From an uncultured bacterium (GTDB taxonomy: Bacteria; Krumholzibacteriota; Krumholzibacteriia; JACNKJ01): a stretch of 64,000 bases of DNA. Shown here in pieces: positions 35,683 to 45,814 of the stretch. The notes under the pieces were generated by a model. It did not search any database. It was not told the DNA's origin and saw only the letters and a program-made list of their open reading frames with translations. Position 1 is the stretch's first letter, and each line of letters starts with the position of its first letter. The stretch covers positions 1,024,001 through 1,088,000 of the forward strand of contig CAVOFT010000001.1 of the NCBI GenBank assembly GCA_963695095.1. The letters run 5' to 3'. The position numbers and the translations under genes are program-made.

Positions 35683-35733
35683 ATCATTCGCATATGCGCA
35701 TGGAATGATATACAGCCCGGGGCCACCTGTCAA
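35683..35733 (-). promoter_or_regulatory. sigma70 promoter overlapped by candidate ArsR operator
   Basis: minus-strand TTGACA-N17-TATCAT (35733-35705); inverted repeat ATCATTC-N13-GAATGAT (35683-35709). Confidence 0.65.
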
Positions 35734-35752
35734 GGCCCCTGTGAAGCCGGAT

Positions 35753-36319
35753 TCAGGACTTGATGTTCCTTGAACCCCAGAGCCGCAGGAGCGCAGCGCG
35801 GCGCTCAGCGGGGGGTAGGCCGCGCACCACCATCCGCTGGGGCAGCTTCTTCGCCCGGTACTCCTCGAGGCTCATCAGCACACGCGCCGGCACGCCGGCG
35901 GCTACGGAATGGGGGGGGATGTCCGTGGAGACCACGCTGCGGGCGCCGATCACGCAGTTCTCGCCGATGGTGACGCCCGGCATGATGATCGTGCCGACGC
36001 CGATGAAGACGTTGTCCTTCACCTCGATGGGGCCGAACACGTCGAAGTCGGGGTCCTCCTGCCGGAATACCCAGGTGCCGCCGTCGTGGGTGATGAAGCG
36101 GACCTCAGCCGTCACGGTGACATGATTGCCGATGCGAACCAGGTAAGGCTCCGAGCCGAACATCTCGTAGGGATTCTTCGTGAAGATGCGGCAGCGCTCG
36201 CCGATCTGCAGGCCATACTCGCGCAGGAAGGCCGCGTTGTTCGATTCGTTGAGCCCCATTCGCCGCAGGCGGATGCCCTGATTCAGCCAGAACTGCCGTA
36301 GTTGACGAATCGCGCTCAT
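35753..36319 (-). CDS. hexapeptide-repeat acyltransferase
   Basis: FGSEPYLVRIG, FITHDGG, IGENCVIGARSVV, AGVPAR. Confidence 0.88.
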   Translation of the reverse strand: MSAIRQLRQFWLNQGIRLRRMGLNESNNAAFLREYGLQIGERCRIFTKNPYEMFGSEPYLVRIGNHVTVTAEVRFITHDGGTWVFRQEDPDFDVFGPIEVKDNVFIGVGTIIMPGVTIGENCVIGARSVVSTDIPPHSVAAGVPARVLMSLEEYRAKKLPQRMVVRGLPPAERRAALLRLWGSRNIKS

Positions 36320-36397
36320 GGCGGGAGTATCCGCCGCAGTTCGCTGGAGGGCAAGGCGATTCAGGCCGGCGGACCGGCGGACAGCGGAGGTGTCGCT

Positions 36398-38119
36398 GTG
36401 AGTGCATTCCTGTTGCAGCTCGGCGCTGAAGGTCACCGGGATTCCGGTCCGCGCCGGCCCCCACCCGCGTATCAAGCCCTCCTGGCCACCCGGGGCCTGC
36501 GCACCGTGAAGACCTACGAGGGTCAGAACTTCAGCCTCTGGCTTGCCGATACCGGAGCAAATGAGGGGGAGGGCTGGCTCGACCTGCCCGGCGGCTTCCT
36601 CGCCGCGCTTGGGGTGCTGCTCTACCGGGGCTACCGGGGCCGGGCCGCTCTCGAGCGGCTCGCTTCGGATCTAGCGGCAGGTGATGATCCCGAGCCTCAG
36701 CTCGCCGGTACCTTCGTGCTGATCCACTGGACCGGGGAACGGCTCACGATCCGCAGCGATCAACTGGGCTACTATCAGGTCTATGCCGACGAGCAGGGCA
36801 GCACCTTCAGCAGCTCCCTGCTCGCCTGCCTTCCGACCGGCCGACCGCCGCGAGTTTCCGCCCAGGAGCTCTACGAGTACGTCCTCTACGGCTTCTGCTT
36901 CGGATCGCAGCTGCCCTTCATCGGCCTGCGCACGCTGGCGCCGGGTAGCGTCCGGCAGTTGCTGCCCGAGCCCGGCGTCCGGCCACTCCCGCCTTCCTTC
37001 GCGCCCCTCGATCCCGCCCGCCGCTTCGAGGCCCTGCTGGAGGAAGTCCGCGCGAGCCTCCTGGACTACTTCGGCATGGTGAGCGCGGCCTTCGACGGCA
37101 GCCTCACCTGCGCGCTGTCCGGCGGCTACGACAGCCGCCTGATGCTGGCCGCGCTGCGCGCCCTCGGTATCCAGCCCAAGCTCTATGTCTACGGCGGGGA
37201 GCAGCACCCTGACGTGCGAGTGGCCAAGGCGATCGCCGCCGGCGAGGGCTTCCCGCTCGAGCACGTGGACAAGTCGGGCTGGCCCCGCGTCCCGCCCGAG
37301 CGCTGGCGCGAACTCGTCCTGCGCGACTGGGCCGTGTTCGATGGGCTCAAGGCCACGGGCATCTTCGACAACGGCTCGGACTGCGCCACGCGCAAGGCGC
37401 GAGCGACCACGGCCAAGCTACAGCTCAACGGCGCGGGCGGGGAGATCTACCGCGAGATCTGGCACCTGCCGAATCGCCGGCTCCGGATCCAGGATTTCCT
37501 GCACGCGCGCTACGATCCGGGCGACTTCAGCTTCTGCACGGACCGCTTCGATCGCCGGGAGTTCTATGCGCGGCTCGAAACGAAGGTGCGGGCCCTGCTG
37601 CGGATCGATAGGCCTTGGCTCAGGCGCGTCGAGCTGGAGATGCTCTTCCCGCTGCTTCGCAATCGCTTCGCCGGGGCCAACACGGCGATCAACAGCCAGT
37701 GGGGGCCGGCCCTGCTGCCCTTCATGGAGCCGCGCTTCGTCTTTCCCAGCTACGGGATTCCCATCCGCTTCAAGGAGCACGGTCGCTTCAACGCGGCGCT
37801 GATTCGCAGCCTGGATCCCGCGCTGGCCCGCTATCCTTCCGCCTATGGCTGGGACTTCGCGGGCGCGCCGCCGCTGATGGCGCGGCTGCGCAGCCGGGCG
37901 CAGCAGAACGTGCCGATCTCCTGGCGGCTCTCCCGGCGCCGCCAGCGCTACCTGGGCCGGCCGGTCCCCTACTATCTGGAGGCTCCCTACCTGAAGGAGC
38001 TCTTCGGGAATCGTGAGCTGGCGATCCGCGAGTACCTCGATCCCGACCGCATCCACGATCCGGTCAAGAAAGCGCGGGCGCTGACGGCCGAACTTCTCCT
38101 CGGCGGGCACCTCAGCTGA
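36398..38119 (+). CDS. asparagine synthetase-like protein
   Basis: Ntn-like N-terminal domain lacking the N-terminal Cys; PP-loop ALSGGYDSR; NGAGGE; GGAGGT RBS before GTG. Confidence 0.75.
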   Translation: MSAFLLQLGAEGHRDSGPRRPPPAYQALLATRGLRTVKTYEGQNFSLWLADTGANEGEGWLDLPGGFLAALGVLLYRGYRGRAALERLASDLAAGDDPEPQLAGTFVLIHWTGERLTIRSDQLGYYQVYADEQGSTFSSSLLACLPTGRPPRVSAQELYEYVLYGFCFGSQLPFIGLRTLAPGSVRQLLPEPGVRPLPPSFAPLDPARRFEALLEEVRASLLDYFGMVSAAFDGSLTCALSGGYDSRLMLAALRALGIQPKLYVYGGEQHPDVRVAKAIAAGEGFPLEHVDKSGWPRVPPERWRELVLRDWAVFDGLKATGIFDNGSDCATRKARATTAKLQLNGAGGEIYREIWHLPNRRLRIQDFLHARYDPGDFSFCTDRFDRREFYARLETKVRALLRIDRPWLRRVELEMLFPLLRNRFAGANTAINSQWGPALLPFMEPRFVFPSYGIPIRFKEHGRFNAALIRSLDPALARYPSAYGWDFAGAPPLMARLRSRAQQNVPISWRLSRRRQRYLGRPVPYYLEAPYLKELFGNRELAIREYLDPDRIHDPVKKARALTAELLLGGHLS

Positions 38120-39038
38120 GGCTCGGCGGCGGGGCCCCCCCGGCAGCCGGCCCCGGCGCGAGCGCCGCCAGGAATCCCCGCGCCGCCGGCGCCAGCTCCG
38201 TCTCCGGGCGGTGAAGGATGCGGATCGGCCGGCTGGCGCTGAGCCCGGGCAGGCTGGGCCGCGCGAGCTCGCTCGCGCCCGGAGCGTCCGCCAGCAGCCG
38301 TTCGGGGAGCACGGCCAGGCCGAGCCCCGCCCGCACCATCTGCAAGATGGCCTCCGGGCGATCGATCTCCATCAGCACGGGAAAGGGCAGGCCGGCCGCA
38401 GCGAAGGCGGCCTCGATGAGCCCGCGCGTCACCGAGCGGCGGGGGTAGCTGATCCAGCCGAGCGCCGCGACGGCGGCGGGCGCGGGCGCGGGGCCCAGGC
38501 TCGCGAGCAGGTCTGCCGGCGCGACGACGGCCAGGGGATCATCGCGGTAGCTGCGCCCCGCCAGGCCGGTCGGCGTCTCCGCGGCCAGCACGAAGGCCAG
38601 ATCCAGCGCTCCTTCACGCAGGGCCGCCGTGAGGGCGCGGCTGCCGTCCACGCGCACGGAGATGGCGAGGCCCGGGTGGGCGCGCTTGAAGGCGCGCAGA
38701 GGATCCGGCAGATGGTAGATCGCCGCCACGTCGACGGCGCCGATGGCCAGCCGCCCACTGAGCAGGCCGCTCAGCTCGGCCACGGCCTGCCTGCCTTCGG
38801 CGAAGCGGCGCAGGATGTCCCGGGCGATGGGCAGCAGGGCCTGGCCTGCGGCGCTGAGGCGGAGCTGGGCCCCGCGGCCGCCCGCCGGGCGCAGCAGCAG
38901 GGGCTCGCCGACCTCCGCCTCCAGAGCCCGCAGGGCCTGGCTCACGGCCGACTGGGTGACGAAGAGCCGCCCCGCGGCGGCGTGGAAGCTGCCGGCGTCG
39001 ACGACGGCCAGGAAGCACTCCAGCTGACGGCGTTCCAT
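38112..39038 (-). CDS. LysR family transcriptional regulator
   Basis: MERRQLECF...GSFHAAA..LFVTQSAVSQALRALE; substrate-binding domain. Confidence 0.92.
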   Translation of the reverse strand: MERRQLECFLAVVDAGSFHAAAGRLFVTQSAVSQALRALEAEVGEPLLLRPAGGRGAQLRLSAAGQALLPIARDILRRFAEGRQAVAELSGLLSGRLAIGAVDVAAIYHLPDPLRAFKRAHPGLAISVRVDGSRALTAALREGALDLAFVLAAETPTGLAGRSYRDDPLAVVAPADLLASLGPAPAPAAVAALGWISYPRRSVTRGLIEAAFAAAGLPFPVLMEIDRPEAILQMVRAGLGLAVLPERLLADAPGASELARPSLPGLSASRPIRILHRPETELAPAARGFLAALAPGPAAGGAPPPSLS

Positions 39039-39149
39039 CGCACCTCCATGATAAGCTTGGCTAATGGATACGATAACTACAATGAGATGGACTGATGGGT
39101 CAAGTCCGCCTATGCTCGGCGCCGGTCCCGACTCCCTGGAGGTCTCCGC

Positions 39150-40470
39150 ATGAGCATGAGTCCGCGCACGATCCAGCCCGCCAAGGGCAAGCTGGGGGTT
39201 CTCACGCCCGGCATGGGCGCCGTCGCCACCACCTTCTACGCCGGCGTCGAGCTGGCCAGGCAGGGCCTGGGCAAGCCCTTCGGCAGCCTGACGCAGATGG
39301 CCCACATCCGCCTGGGCAAGCGCACCGAGGATCGCAGCCCCATGATCAAGGACTTCGTGCCGCTGGTGCCCATGACCGACCTGGTCTTCGGCGGCTGGGA
39401 CATCTTCCCCGACAACGCCTACGAGGCGGCCATGAAGGCCGGCGTGCTGCCCGCCGAGCAGCTCGAACGCGGTGAAGGGCTTCCTCAGCGGCATCAAGCC
39501 GATGCCGGCCGTCTTCGACCAGAAGTGGGTGAAGAAGATCGACGGCCCGAACAAGAAGAAGGGCGCCAACTGGATGGAGCTGGCCGAGCAGCTCCGCGCG
39601 GACATCCGCAACTTCAAGAAGGCGAACGGCTGCGACCGGCTGGTGATGGTCTGGTGCGCGAGCACCGAGATCTTCCTCAAGGCGGGCGCCGGCGCACGAG
39701 AGCATCGCGAGTCTGGAGAAGGCCATGCAGGAGAACGATCCCTCGATCGCGCCGAGCATGGTCTACGCCTACGCGGCGATCATGGAGGGCGTGCCCTTCG
39801 CCAACGGCGCGCCCAACCTCACCGTCGACTATCCCGGCGATGGTGGAGCTGGCCCGCCGCGAGGGCGTGCCCATCGGCGGCAAGGACTTCAAGACCGGCC
39901 AGACCCTGATGAAGACCATCCTCGCGCCCGGCTTCAAGGCGCGCATGCTGGGCATCAGCGGCTGGTTCTCGCACGAACATCCTGGGCAATCGCGACGGCG
40001 AGGTGCTCGACGATCCCGAGTCCTTCAAGACGAAGGAGGAGAGCAAGCTCTCCGTGCTCGACACGATCCTGCAGCCCAAGCTCTACCCCGATCTCTACGG
40101 CAAGCTCTACCACAAGGTGCGGATCAACTACTATCCGCCGCGGGGGGACAACAAGGAGGGCTGGGACAACATCGACATCTTCGGCTGGATGGGCAACCCG
40201 ATGCAGATCAAGGTGGACTTCCTCTGCCGCGACTCCATCCTCGCCGCGCCCATCGTGCTCGACCTCGCGCTCTTCATGGACCTGGCCAAGCGCGCCGGCA
40301 TGAGGGGCATCCAGGAGTGGCTGAGCTTCTACTTCAAGAGCCCGCAGGCGGCCGCGGGGCTCTACCCCGAGCACGATCTGTTCATCCAGCTCATGAAGCT
40401 GAAGAACAACCTGCGCCACCTGATGGGCGAGGACCTGATCACCCACCTGGGCACCGAGTACTACGACTAG
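39150..40470 (+). CDS. ino1: myo-inositol-1-phosphate synthase (about four frameshifts)
   Basis: GMGAVATT, FGGWD, WCASTE, FANGAPN, GKDFKTGQT, NILGNRDG, RGDNKEGWD, CRDSILAAP distributed over three frames. Confidence 0.9.
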
Positions 40471-40499
40471 ACCCTGCGTGCGGCAATCGCAAGGGTGAG

Positions 40500-40530
40500 A
40501 GGGCCTCGGGGGACAGTCCCCGGGGCCTTT
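40500..40530 (+). terminator. intrinsic terminator-like hairpin after ino1
   Basis: AGGGCCTCGGGG-GACAGT-CCCCGGGGCCTTT. Confidence 0.55.
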
Positions 40531-40596
40531 GTCGTTCGGCGCCGGCCGGCCTCGCCGGCCTTGACGACGGACGGCGGCGCTCGCTAACCTGTTCGC

Positions 40597-41718
40597 ATGA
40601 TCCATCGCTCGCGCCTGCTCTGCGCGCTGGCCGCGCTACTCCCGCTCCTGGCTGCTCCGCCCGGCCACGGCGCCGAGGAGCCGCCTCGCATCGTCTTCGC
40701 CGAGACCGCCCACGATTTCGGCGAGGTCGAGGAGGGCGTGGAGCTGCAGCAGCGCTTCCGCTTCCGCAACGCCGGCGGGGGCATCCTCGAGGCCAGGGGC
40801 GGCTGAGCCTGCTCGGCCGTGCTGGTCAGCGCGGTGGACGATCCGGCGAGCGGCGGCGAGTGGATCCAGGGGCCGGTGCGTCTCGGCCCCCGCGAGGAGG
40901 GCGAGGCCCTGGTCACGCTGAAGCCCCTCGGCTTCGGCCGCTGGTCCAAGGTGGTCACCGTGGCCAGCAACGACCTCAGCCGGCCAAAGGCCCGACTCAC
41001 CTTTTCCGCCACGATTCGCAGCCGCTTCGCCGTCGAGCCCCGTGTGCTCCAGCTCGACCGGCTGCCGGCCGACAGCGACACCGTGCTCGTCGTGGCGATC
41101 ACTCCCCGCCATCCGGAGGGCTTTCGCATCCTCGGTGTCGAGGTCAATCCGCCGCCCGTGCCGGACCCGCTGGGGGAGGATGTCCGGCGCGAGCCGGCTC
41201 AGGCACGGGGCGGCGCACCCTTCACTGTTGCCCTGCGGCCGCCCGCAGTCGCCGCGCCGGAGAGCATGGACGCGCGCTGGCTGCTCGAGATCCGACTGGC
41301 GCCCGCTGCGCAGCCGGGACGGCTCAACGAGCGCATCCGCGTGATGACCAGCGACCCGGTCGTGCCGGATATCGAGCTTGCCGTCCTGGGCGAGCTGACA
41401 GGTGCGCTGGGCTTCCCGGAGCGCCTGGAGATCGCCGGCCGCTTCGCCGGCGTGCCCGCCAGCGGCACCCTGCCCATCCGCCGCCTGAGCGGGCCGCCCT
41501 TTCGGATTCTCAGCGCCACCGCCAACGACGTCCACTTGCGTATCGCCGTCGTGACGCTCACGCAGGGCGAGGCCTACGACATCGAGATCACCGTGCTGCC
41601 GGACATGCCCAGGGGGCGCCACAGCTGCCTGCTGCTCGTCGAGACCGATCGACCGGATCAACGGCAGATCAGCATTCCGCTGCTGGTGCGCCTGGGCCGC
41701 GAGAATCAGGGCGATTGA
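40597..41718 (+). CDS. DUF1573-like secreted Ig-fold protein, probable selenoprotein (TGA 40804-40806 read as Sec)
   Basis: ORFs 40597..40806 and 40819..41718 share one frame; HDFGEV...FRFRNAG...GG-U-ACS matches the family's CxC position; hairpin 40817-40834. Confidence 0.72.
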
Positions 41719-41822
41719 GGCGACTTCGCGTGATTCCCGGTCCGCTGCCGTGTCCCACCGCTCATGGAGAGCCGACTCGCCGCGTCTGCGGACCGGGCCG
41801 GCGATTGCCCCAGGGAGGCACC

Positions 41823-44540
41823 ATGACCCACCAGCGCTGCGCCGCGTTCACCCTGCTCTTGCTGCTGCTCGCGCCACCAGTCGCCCACGCGGCCGACAAC
41901 AGCAACTGGGGGAGCGGCTTCCACCCGCCCGGCGTCCGCGACGGCAATTTCCCGGGCACGGTCAACGCCGTGGCTGCCAACAACGGTCAGGTCTACATCG
42001 GGGGCAGCTTCAGCGAAGTCGGTGCCGTCGAGGCGCGCAACGTGGCGCGCTGGGACGGCCATCACTGGCACGCCATGGGCACCGGCATCGGCGGGGATGT
42101 GATCTCGCTCTACGCCGCCGAGACGGCCGTCTTCGCCTCGGGCTGGTTCAGCGAGGCCGGCGGCGAGCCCGCGCTCTTCGTCGCCCGCTGGGACGGCGCT
42201 GACTGGCATCGCATGGGCGGCTCGGACTTCAACGGCATCGTCAACGGCTTCGCCTACTACAACGGCGGCCTCTACGCCTGTGGCCGCTTCAGCGAGTACG
42301 GCGGCAGCACGATGCCCCTGGTCGCCCACTGGGCAGGCTCCGACTGGGAACGGCTCAGCGGCGGCAACCTGACCTGCTACCACTGCTATCCCGCCGAGGT
42401 CATCGCGCTGGCGGCCTGGGACGGCAAGCTCTGGGCGGGCGGCCGCTTCGACTACGTCAATCCCTGGGACCTGAACGGCCTGGCCTACTGGACGCAGAAT
42501 GACGGCTGGCAGAGCGTGGATGGGGATCTGGGCGTCAGCGGCGGCGACGATGCCATCAGCTGCTTCGAGGCCCACAACTACAGCCTCTACTTCGGCGGCC
42601 CCTTCGCCTTCATCGGCTTCGACCCCTGCCAGGGCTTCGGCTATGTCTTCGGCGGCACCCTGCACACGATTGCCGGCCTTGACCCCTGGAACTACTGGGT
42701 CACCGACCTGCTCGAGTACAACGCGGCGCTCTACGTGGTCAGCGAGGAGTGGATCCGGCCCTGGCTGGGCGTGGGGGGCTGGGGCGAGGAGCTGGGCGAA
42801 CTGGACGGCGCCTTCGCCGCCACCACCGAGCATGGCGACCTCTACGCCGGCGGCACGCTCTTCTACGGCAACACCCACATCGACGGCCTCGCCCGCTGGG
42901 ATGGAGACGGCTGGCGCCGCGTGGGAGAGGGACTCGGCTTCAGCGCCAACAACTCCGATCAGGGCCGCTGCCTGCTGAGCTGGGAGGGTGACCTGTTCAT
43001 GGGCGGCTACCAGACCGGCGTCAGGGGCATCGGCGATGATGTCACCCACTGCGCCAATGTCGGCCTCTTCAACGGCGACGACTGGTTGCCCCTGGCCGGC
43101 GGCTTCGTCGACGCCGTCGAGGACGCCATCATCTACGACGGCCAGCTCCACGTTTGCGGAGCCTTCGATCACGAGGCCTATGGCGGCAACAGCATCTATC
43201 GCCTCGCCCGCTGGGACGGCGCCGCCTGGCAGCCGCTGGCGACGGGACTCAATCCGGGTACCTTCGTCGGCCATGCCTATGCGATGACCCTCTGGCAGGG
43301 CGACCTCATCGTGGGCGGCAACTTCGAGTCGGCCGGCGGCCTGGCCGTCGACAATCTCGCCCGCTGGAACGGAACGGCCTTCAGCGCCGTGGATGACGCG
43401 CTCTTCAGCGGCGAAGTGCGCGCCCTCTGCGTCTACGCGGGCGACCTGATCGTGGGGGGCACCTTCGTGAGCCTCGATGGCCAGGCCGTCGGGCGCATCG
43501 CGCGCTGGGACGGCGCGGCCTGGGACTTCCTCGACGGCGGCATGGGCGACGGCGTCGTCGAAGTGCTCGAGGTCTGGCAGGGTCAGCTCATCGCCGGCGG
43601 CAGCTTCACGACGGCCGGCGGGGTGCCGGCGGCCCGGATCGCGCGCTGGGACGGCAGCGCCTGGCAGGCTCTGGATGCGGGCCTGGGTGGCGCGGACTTC
43701 GTTACCACGGTTCGGGCGCTTCAGCCCAGCGACATCGGCCTCTTCGTCGGCGGTCGCTTCGAGACCGCGGGCGGCCAGCCGGCGGCGAACATCGCGCGCT
43801 GGCAGGCGGGCGGCTGGGAGCCCCTCGGCGACGGCGTCACCGAGGGCTATCTGGGGCAGACCGTCGTGGACGACTTCTGCATCCACGATGGCCAGCTCTA
43901 CCTGACCGGTGACTTCCTCTACGCCGGCGGCCATCTGTCCGCGAACATCGCCCACTGGCGCGAGGCTCTGACGCCGGTGACGCTACTGCGCTTCGATCTC
44001 ATCGCGGAGCCGGGTTCGGTACGGGCGAACTGGGAATTGGCCGAGGGGGAGGGTCCGGTGGAACAGCGCCTGGAGGCGGCGCGGGGGGGAGAGGTCTGGC
44101 AGCCGGCCATCGAGCCCCTGGGCGGCGGCAGTTTCCAGGCTTGCGATCTGGCTGCGCCGCTGGCCGCCGGCGGCAGCTTCAACTACCGGCTCAGCATCCG
44201 CGAGAGCGGGGGCGACTGGCAGCTCCTGCGCCAGGTGGCTGTCCAGGTCCCCCCCCTGACCCCCACGCAGCCTACCCTCGCCGCCTGGCCGAATCCAGGC
44301 GCCGCCATCTTCACGATCCAGGCCAGCCTGCCGGCGCCGGGCGCCGCCGAGCTTGCGGTCTTCGACGTCGGCGGCAGACGCCTGGCCACACTCCATCGTG
44401 GACGGCAGAGCGAGCGGAGCCTGCAGCTGACCTGGGATGGACGGGACGATGGGGGCCGGCCGCTGCCCGCGGGCGTGTACCTGCTGCGCCTGCGCACTGC
44501 AACCGGCCAGGCCAGCCAGCGCTTGGCCCTCCTGCGCTGA
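41823..44540 (+). CDS. large secreted repeat (beta-propeller) protein with FlgD-Ig/T9SS-like C-terminal domain
   Basis: GGAGG RBS, signal peptide, many 'VGG.F..AGG....IARWDG..W' repeats, C-terminal AWPNP...WDGRDD.G..LPAGVYLLRL. Confidence 0.85.
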   Translation: MTHQRCAAFTLLLLLLAPPVAHAADNSNWGSGFHPPGVRDGNFPGTVNAVAANNGQVYIGGSFSEVGAVEARNVARWDGHHWHAMGTGIGGDVISLYAAETAVFASGWFSEAGGEPALFVARWDGADWHRMGGSDFNGIVNGFAYYNGGLYACGRFSEYGGSTMPLVAHWAGSDWERLSGGNLTCYHCYPAEVIALAAWDGKLWAGGRFDYVNPWDLNGLAYWTQNDGWQSVDGDLGVSGGDDAISCFEAHNYSLYFGGPFAFIGFDPCQGFGYVFGGTLHTIAGLDPWNYWVTDLLEYNAALYVVSEEWIRPWLGVGGWGEELGELDGAFAATTEHGDLYAGGTLFYGNTHIDGLARWDGDGWRRVGEGLGFSANNSDQGRCLLSWEGDLFMGGYQTGVRGIGDDVTHCANVGLFNGDDWLPLAGGFVDAVEDAIIYDGQLHVCGAFDHEAYGGNSIYRLARWDGAAWQPLATGLNPGTFVGHAYAMTLWQGDLIVGGNFESAGGLAVDNLARWNGTAFSAVDDALFSGEVRALCVYAGDLIVGGTFVSLDGQAVGRIARWDGAAWDFLDGGMGDGVVEVLEVWQGQLIAGGSFTTAGGVPAARIARWDGSAWQALDAGLGGADFVTTVRALQPSDIGLFVGGRFETAGGQPAANIARWQAGGWEPLGDGVTEGYLGQTVVDDFCIHDGQLYLTGDFLYAGGHLSANIAHWREALTPVTLLRFDLIAEPGSVRANWELAEGEGPVEQRLEAARGGEVWQPAIEPLGGGSFQACDLAAPLAAGGSFNYRLSIRESGGDWQLLRQVAVQVPPLTPTQPTLAAWPNPGAAIFTIQASLPAPGAAELAVFDVGGRRLATLHRGRQSERSLQLTWDGRDDGGRPLPAGVYLLRLRTATGQASQRLALLR

Positions 44541-44745
44541 TCTCGCGCCAGCTTCTGTGCGGGCCCCAGGCAAGCGGCTCCGGCACCCCGCCGGCGGGTC
44601 CCCATGCGCCGCGACCCCGCGATTTGCCCTAGAAAATGGCCTTCCAGGCGCATTTCCGCTTCCAATCGCGGCCAGTCGCGCTATCATTCGCGGCGTGACG
44701 GAAGCGGATTTTTCCTTCCGCGCTAACGCCAAGGAGTTGGACACG

Positions 44746-45090
44746 ATGGCAGTCAAGAAAGTGACGAAGAAAGCAGCCGCGCCCGCGGGGATCAAGCCGC
44801 CGACGCGCAACGAGGTCTACCGCAGCGTTGCCGACAAGACCGGCATGACGCGCAAGGATGTGGTCTCGGTCTGCGACGCCCTGACCGAAGTGATGCTCAA
44901 GTCCGTCAAGAAGCACGGCACCTTCAATTTCCTGGGCCTGATGAAGATGACCCTGGTGAAGAAGCCCGCGGTCAAGGGCGGCAACCTGATCCGTAATCCT
45001 TTCACGGGCGAGATGGTGCCGCAGAAGGCCAAGCCGGCCTCCCGCACCGTGCGCGTTCGTCCGCTCAAGGCCGTCAAGGACATGCTCTAG
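44746..45090 (+). CDS. HU family DNA-binding protein
   Basis: basic protein; VADKTGMTRKDV, RNPFTGE, KAKPASRTVRVRPLK; AAGGAG RBS. Confidence 0.88.
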   Translation: MAVKKVTKKAAAPAGIKPPTRNEVYRSVADKTGMTRKDVVSVCDALTEVMLKSVKKHGTFNFLGLMKMTLVKKPAVKGGNLIRNPFTGEMVPQKAKPASRTVRVRPLKAVKDML

Positions 45091-45120
45091 TCCTTCGTTC
45101 GCGCCAAGATTCCGCAGGGG

Positions 45121-45152
45121 ACCCCCGGCCCGCGAAGAGCCGGGGGTCTCTT
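45121..45152 (+). terminator. intrinsic terminator-like hairpin
   Basis: ACCCCCGGC...GCCGGGGGT followed by CTCTT. Confidence 0.6.
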
Positions 45153-45318
45153 GCAATCTCGCCCCCGTCCGTCCAGGACAACGGCACCCGAATTAGCGAT
45201 TAGCCGCTCTTTCCCCTTGTTTGCCTGGCCTTGTGGCGATCTCTGTGCTATGCTGCGGTTCTGCTATTCGTATCCTTGTCTACGCCTGTTCTTGCAGGTA
45301 ATCAACGGGAGGACCCCC

Positions 45319-45705
45319 ATGTTCAGAGTTGCGATAATGTTGTCATGCTTGTTCCTGCTGCCGATCGTCGCAACGGCGGCCACCTTCGTGATCGATCAGA
45401 CCGGCACGGCCTGGGTGCCCGCCGACATCACCATCGTCGTCGGCGACACGGTGGAGTGGCACTGGAGCAGCCTGACCCACACGGTGACCAGCGGCACGGG
45501 CGCCGCCGATCCCAATGCCGGATCGCTCTTCGATGCGCCTCTGGATGCGGGCAATCCCCTGTTCAGCTACACCTTCACCGTCGTCGGCGACGTGCCCTTC
45601 TTCTGCCGGCCCCACGAGGGCGTGGGCATGACGGGCGTGATCCACGTGGACGACGCGACGGCCACCGACGACTCGGCCTGGGGCAACATCAAGGCCCTGT
45701 ACTAG
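45319..45705 (+). CDS. plastocyanin/cupredoxin-family copper protein with C-terminal ...SAWGNIKALY tail
   Basis: signal peptide; GDTVEW, HTVT, C-RP-H-EGVG-M type-1 copper ligands. Confidence 0.85.
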   Translation: MFRVAIMLSCLFLLPIVATAATFVIDQTGTAWVPADITIVVGDTVEWHWSSLTHTVTSGTGAADPNAGSLFDAPLDAGNPLFSYTFTVVGDVPFFCRPHEGVGMTGVIHVDDATATDDSAWGNIKALY

Positions 45706-45732
45706 GACGCGGTGAACTGACCTGATGGCTCT

Positions 45733-45760
45733 GGCCCCGGCCGCCGGCCGGGGCCTTTTT
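45733..45760 (+). terminator. intrinsic terminator
   Basis: GGCCCCGGCC-GCC-GGCCGGGGCC followed by TTTTT. Confidence 0.75.
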
Positions 45761-45814
45761 CGTGCGCCGCGCGCGGATCGCGGCTACACTGCAGGCGACC
45801 CGCGGAGGTCTGCG

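Noticed and set aside
36398..38119. AsnB-like protein as lasso cyclase for the KTWW peptides
   Set aside because: 32 kb away, no B1/B2 proteins nearby, and the peptides have no Asp/Glu for macrolactam formation.
39150..44540. 1796-aa giant ORF in the track
   Set aside because: Chance read-through joining frameshifted ino1 fragments and off-frame sequence to the real secreted protein that starts at 41823.
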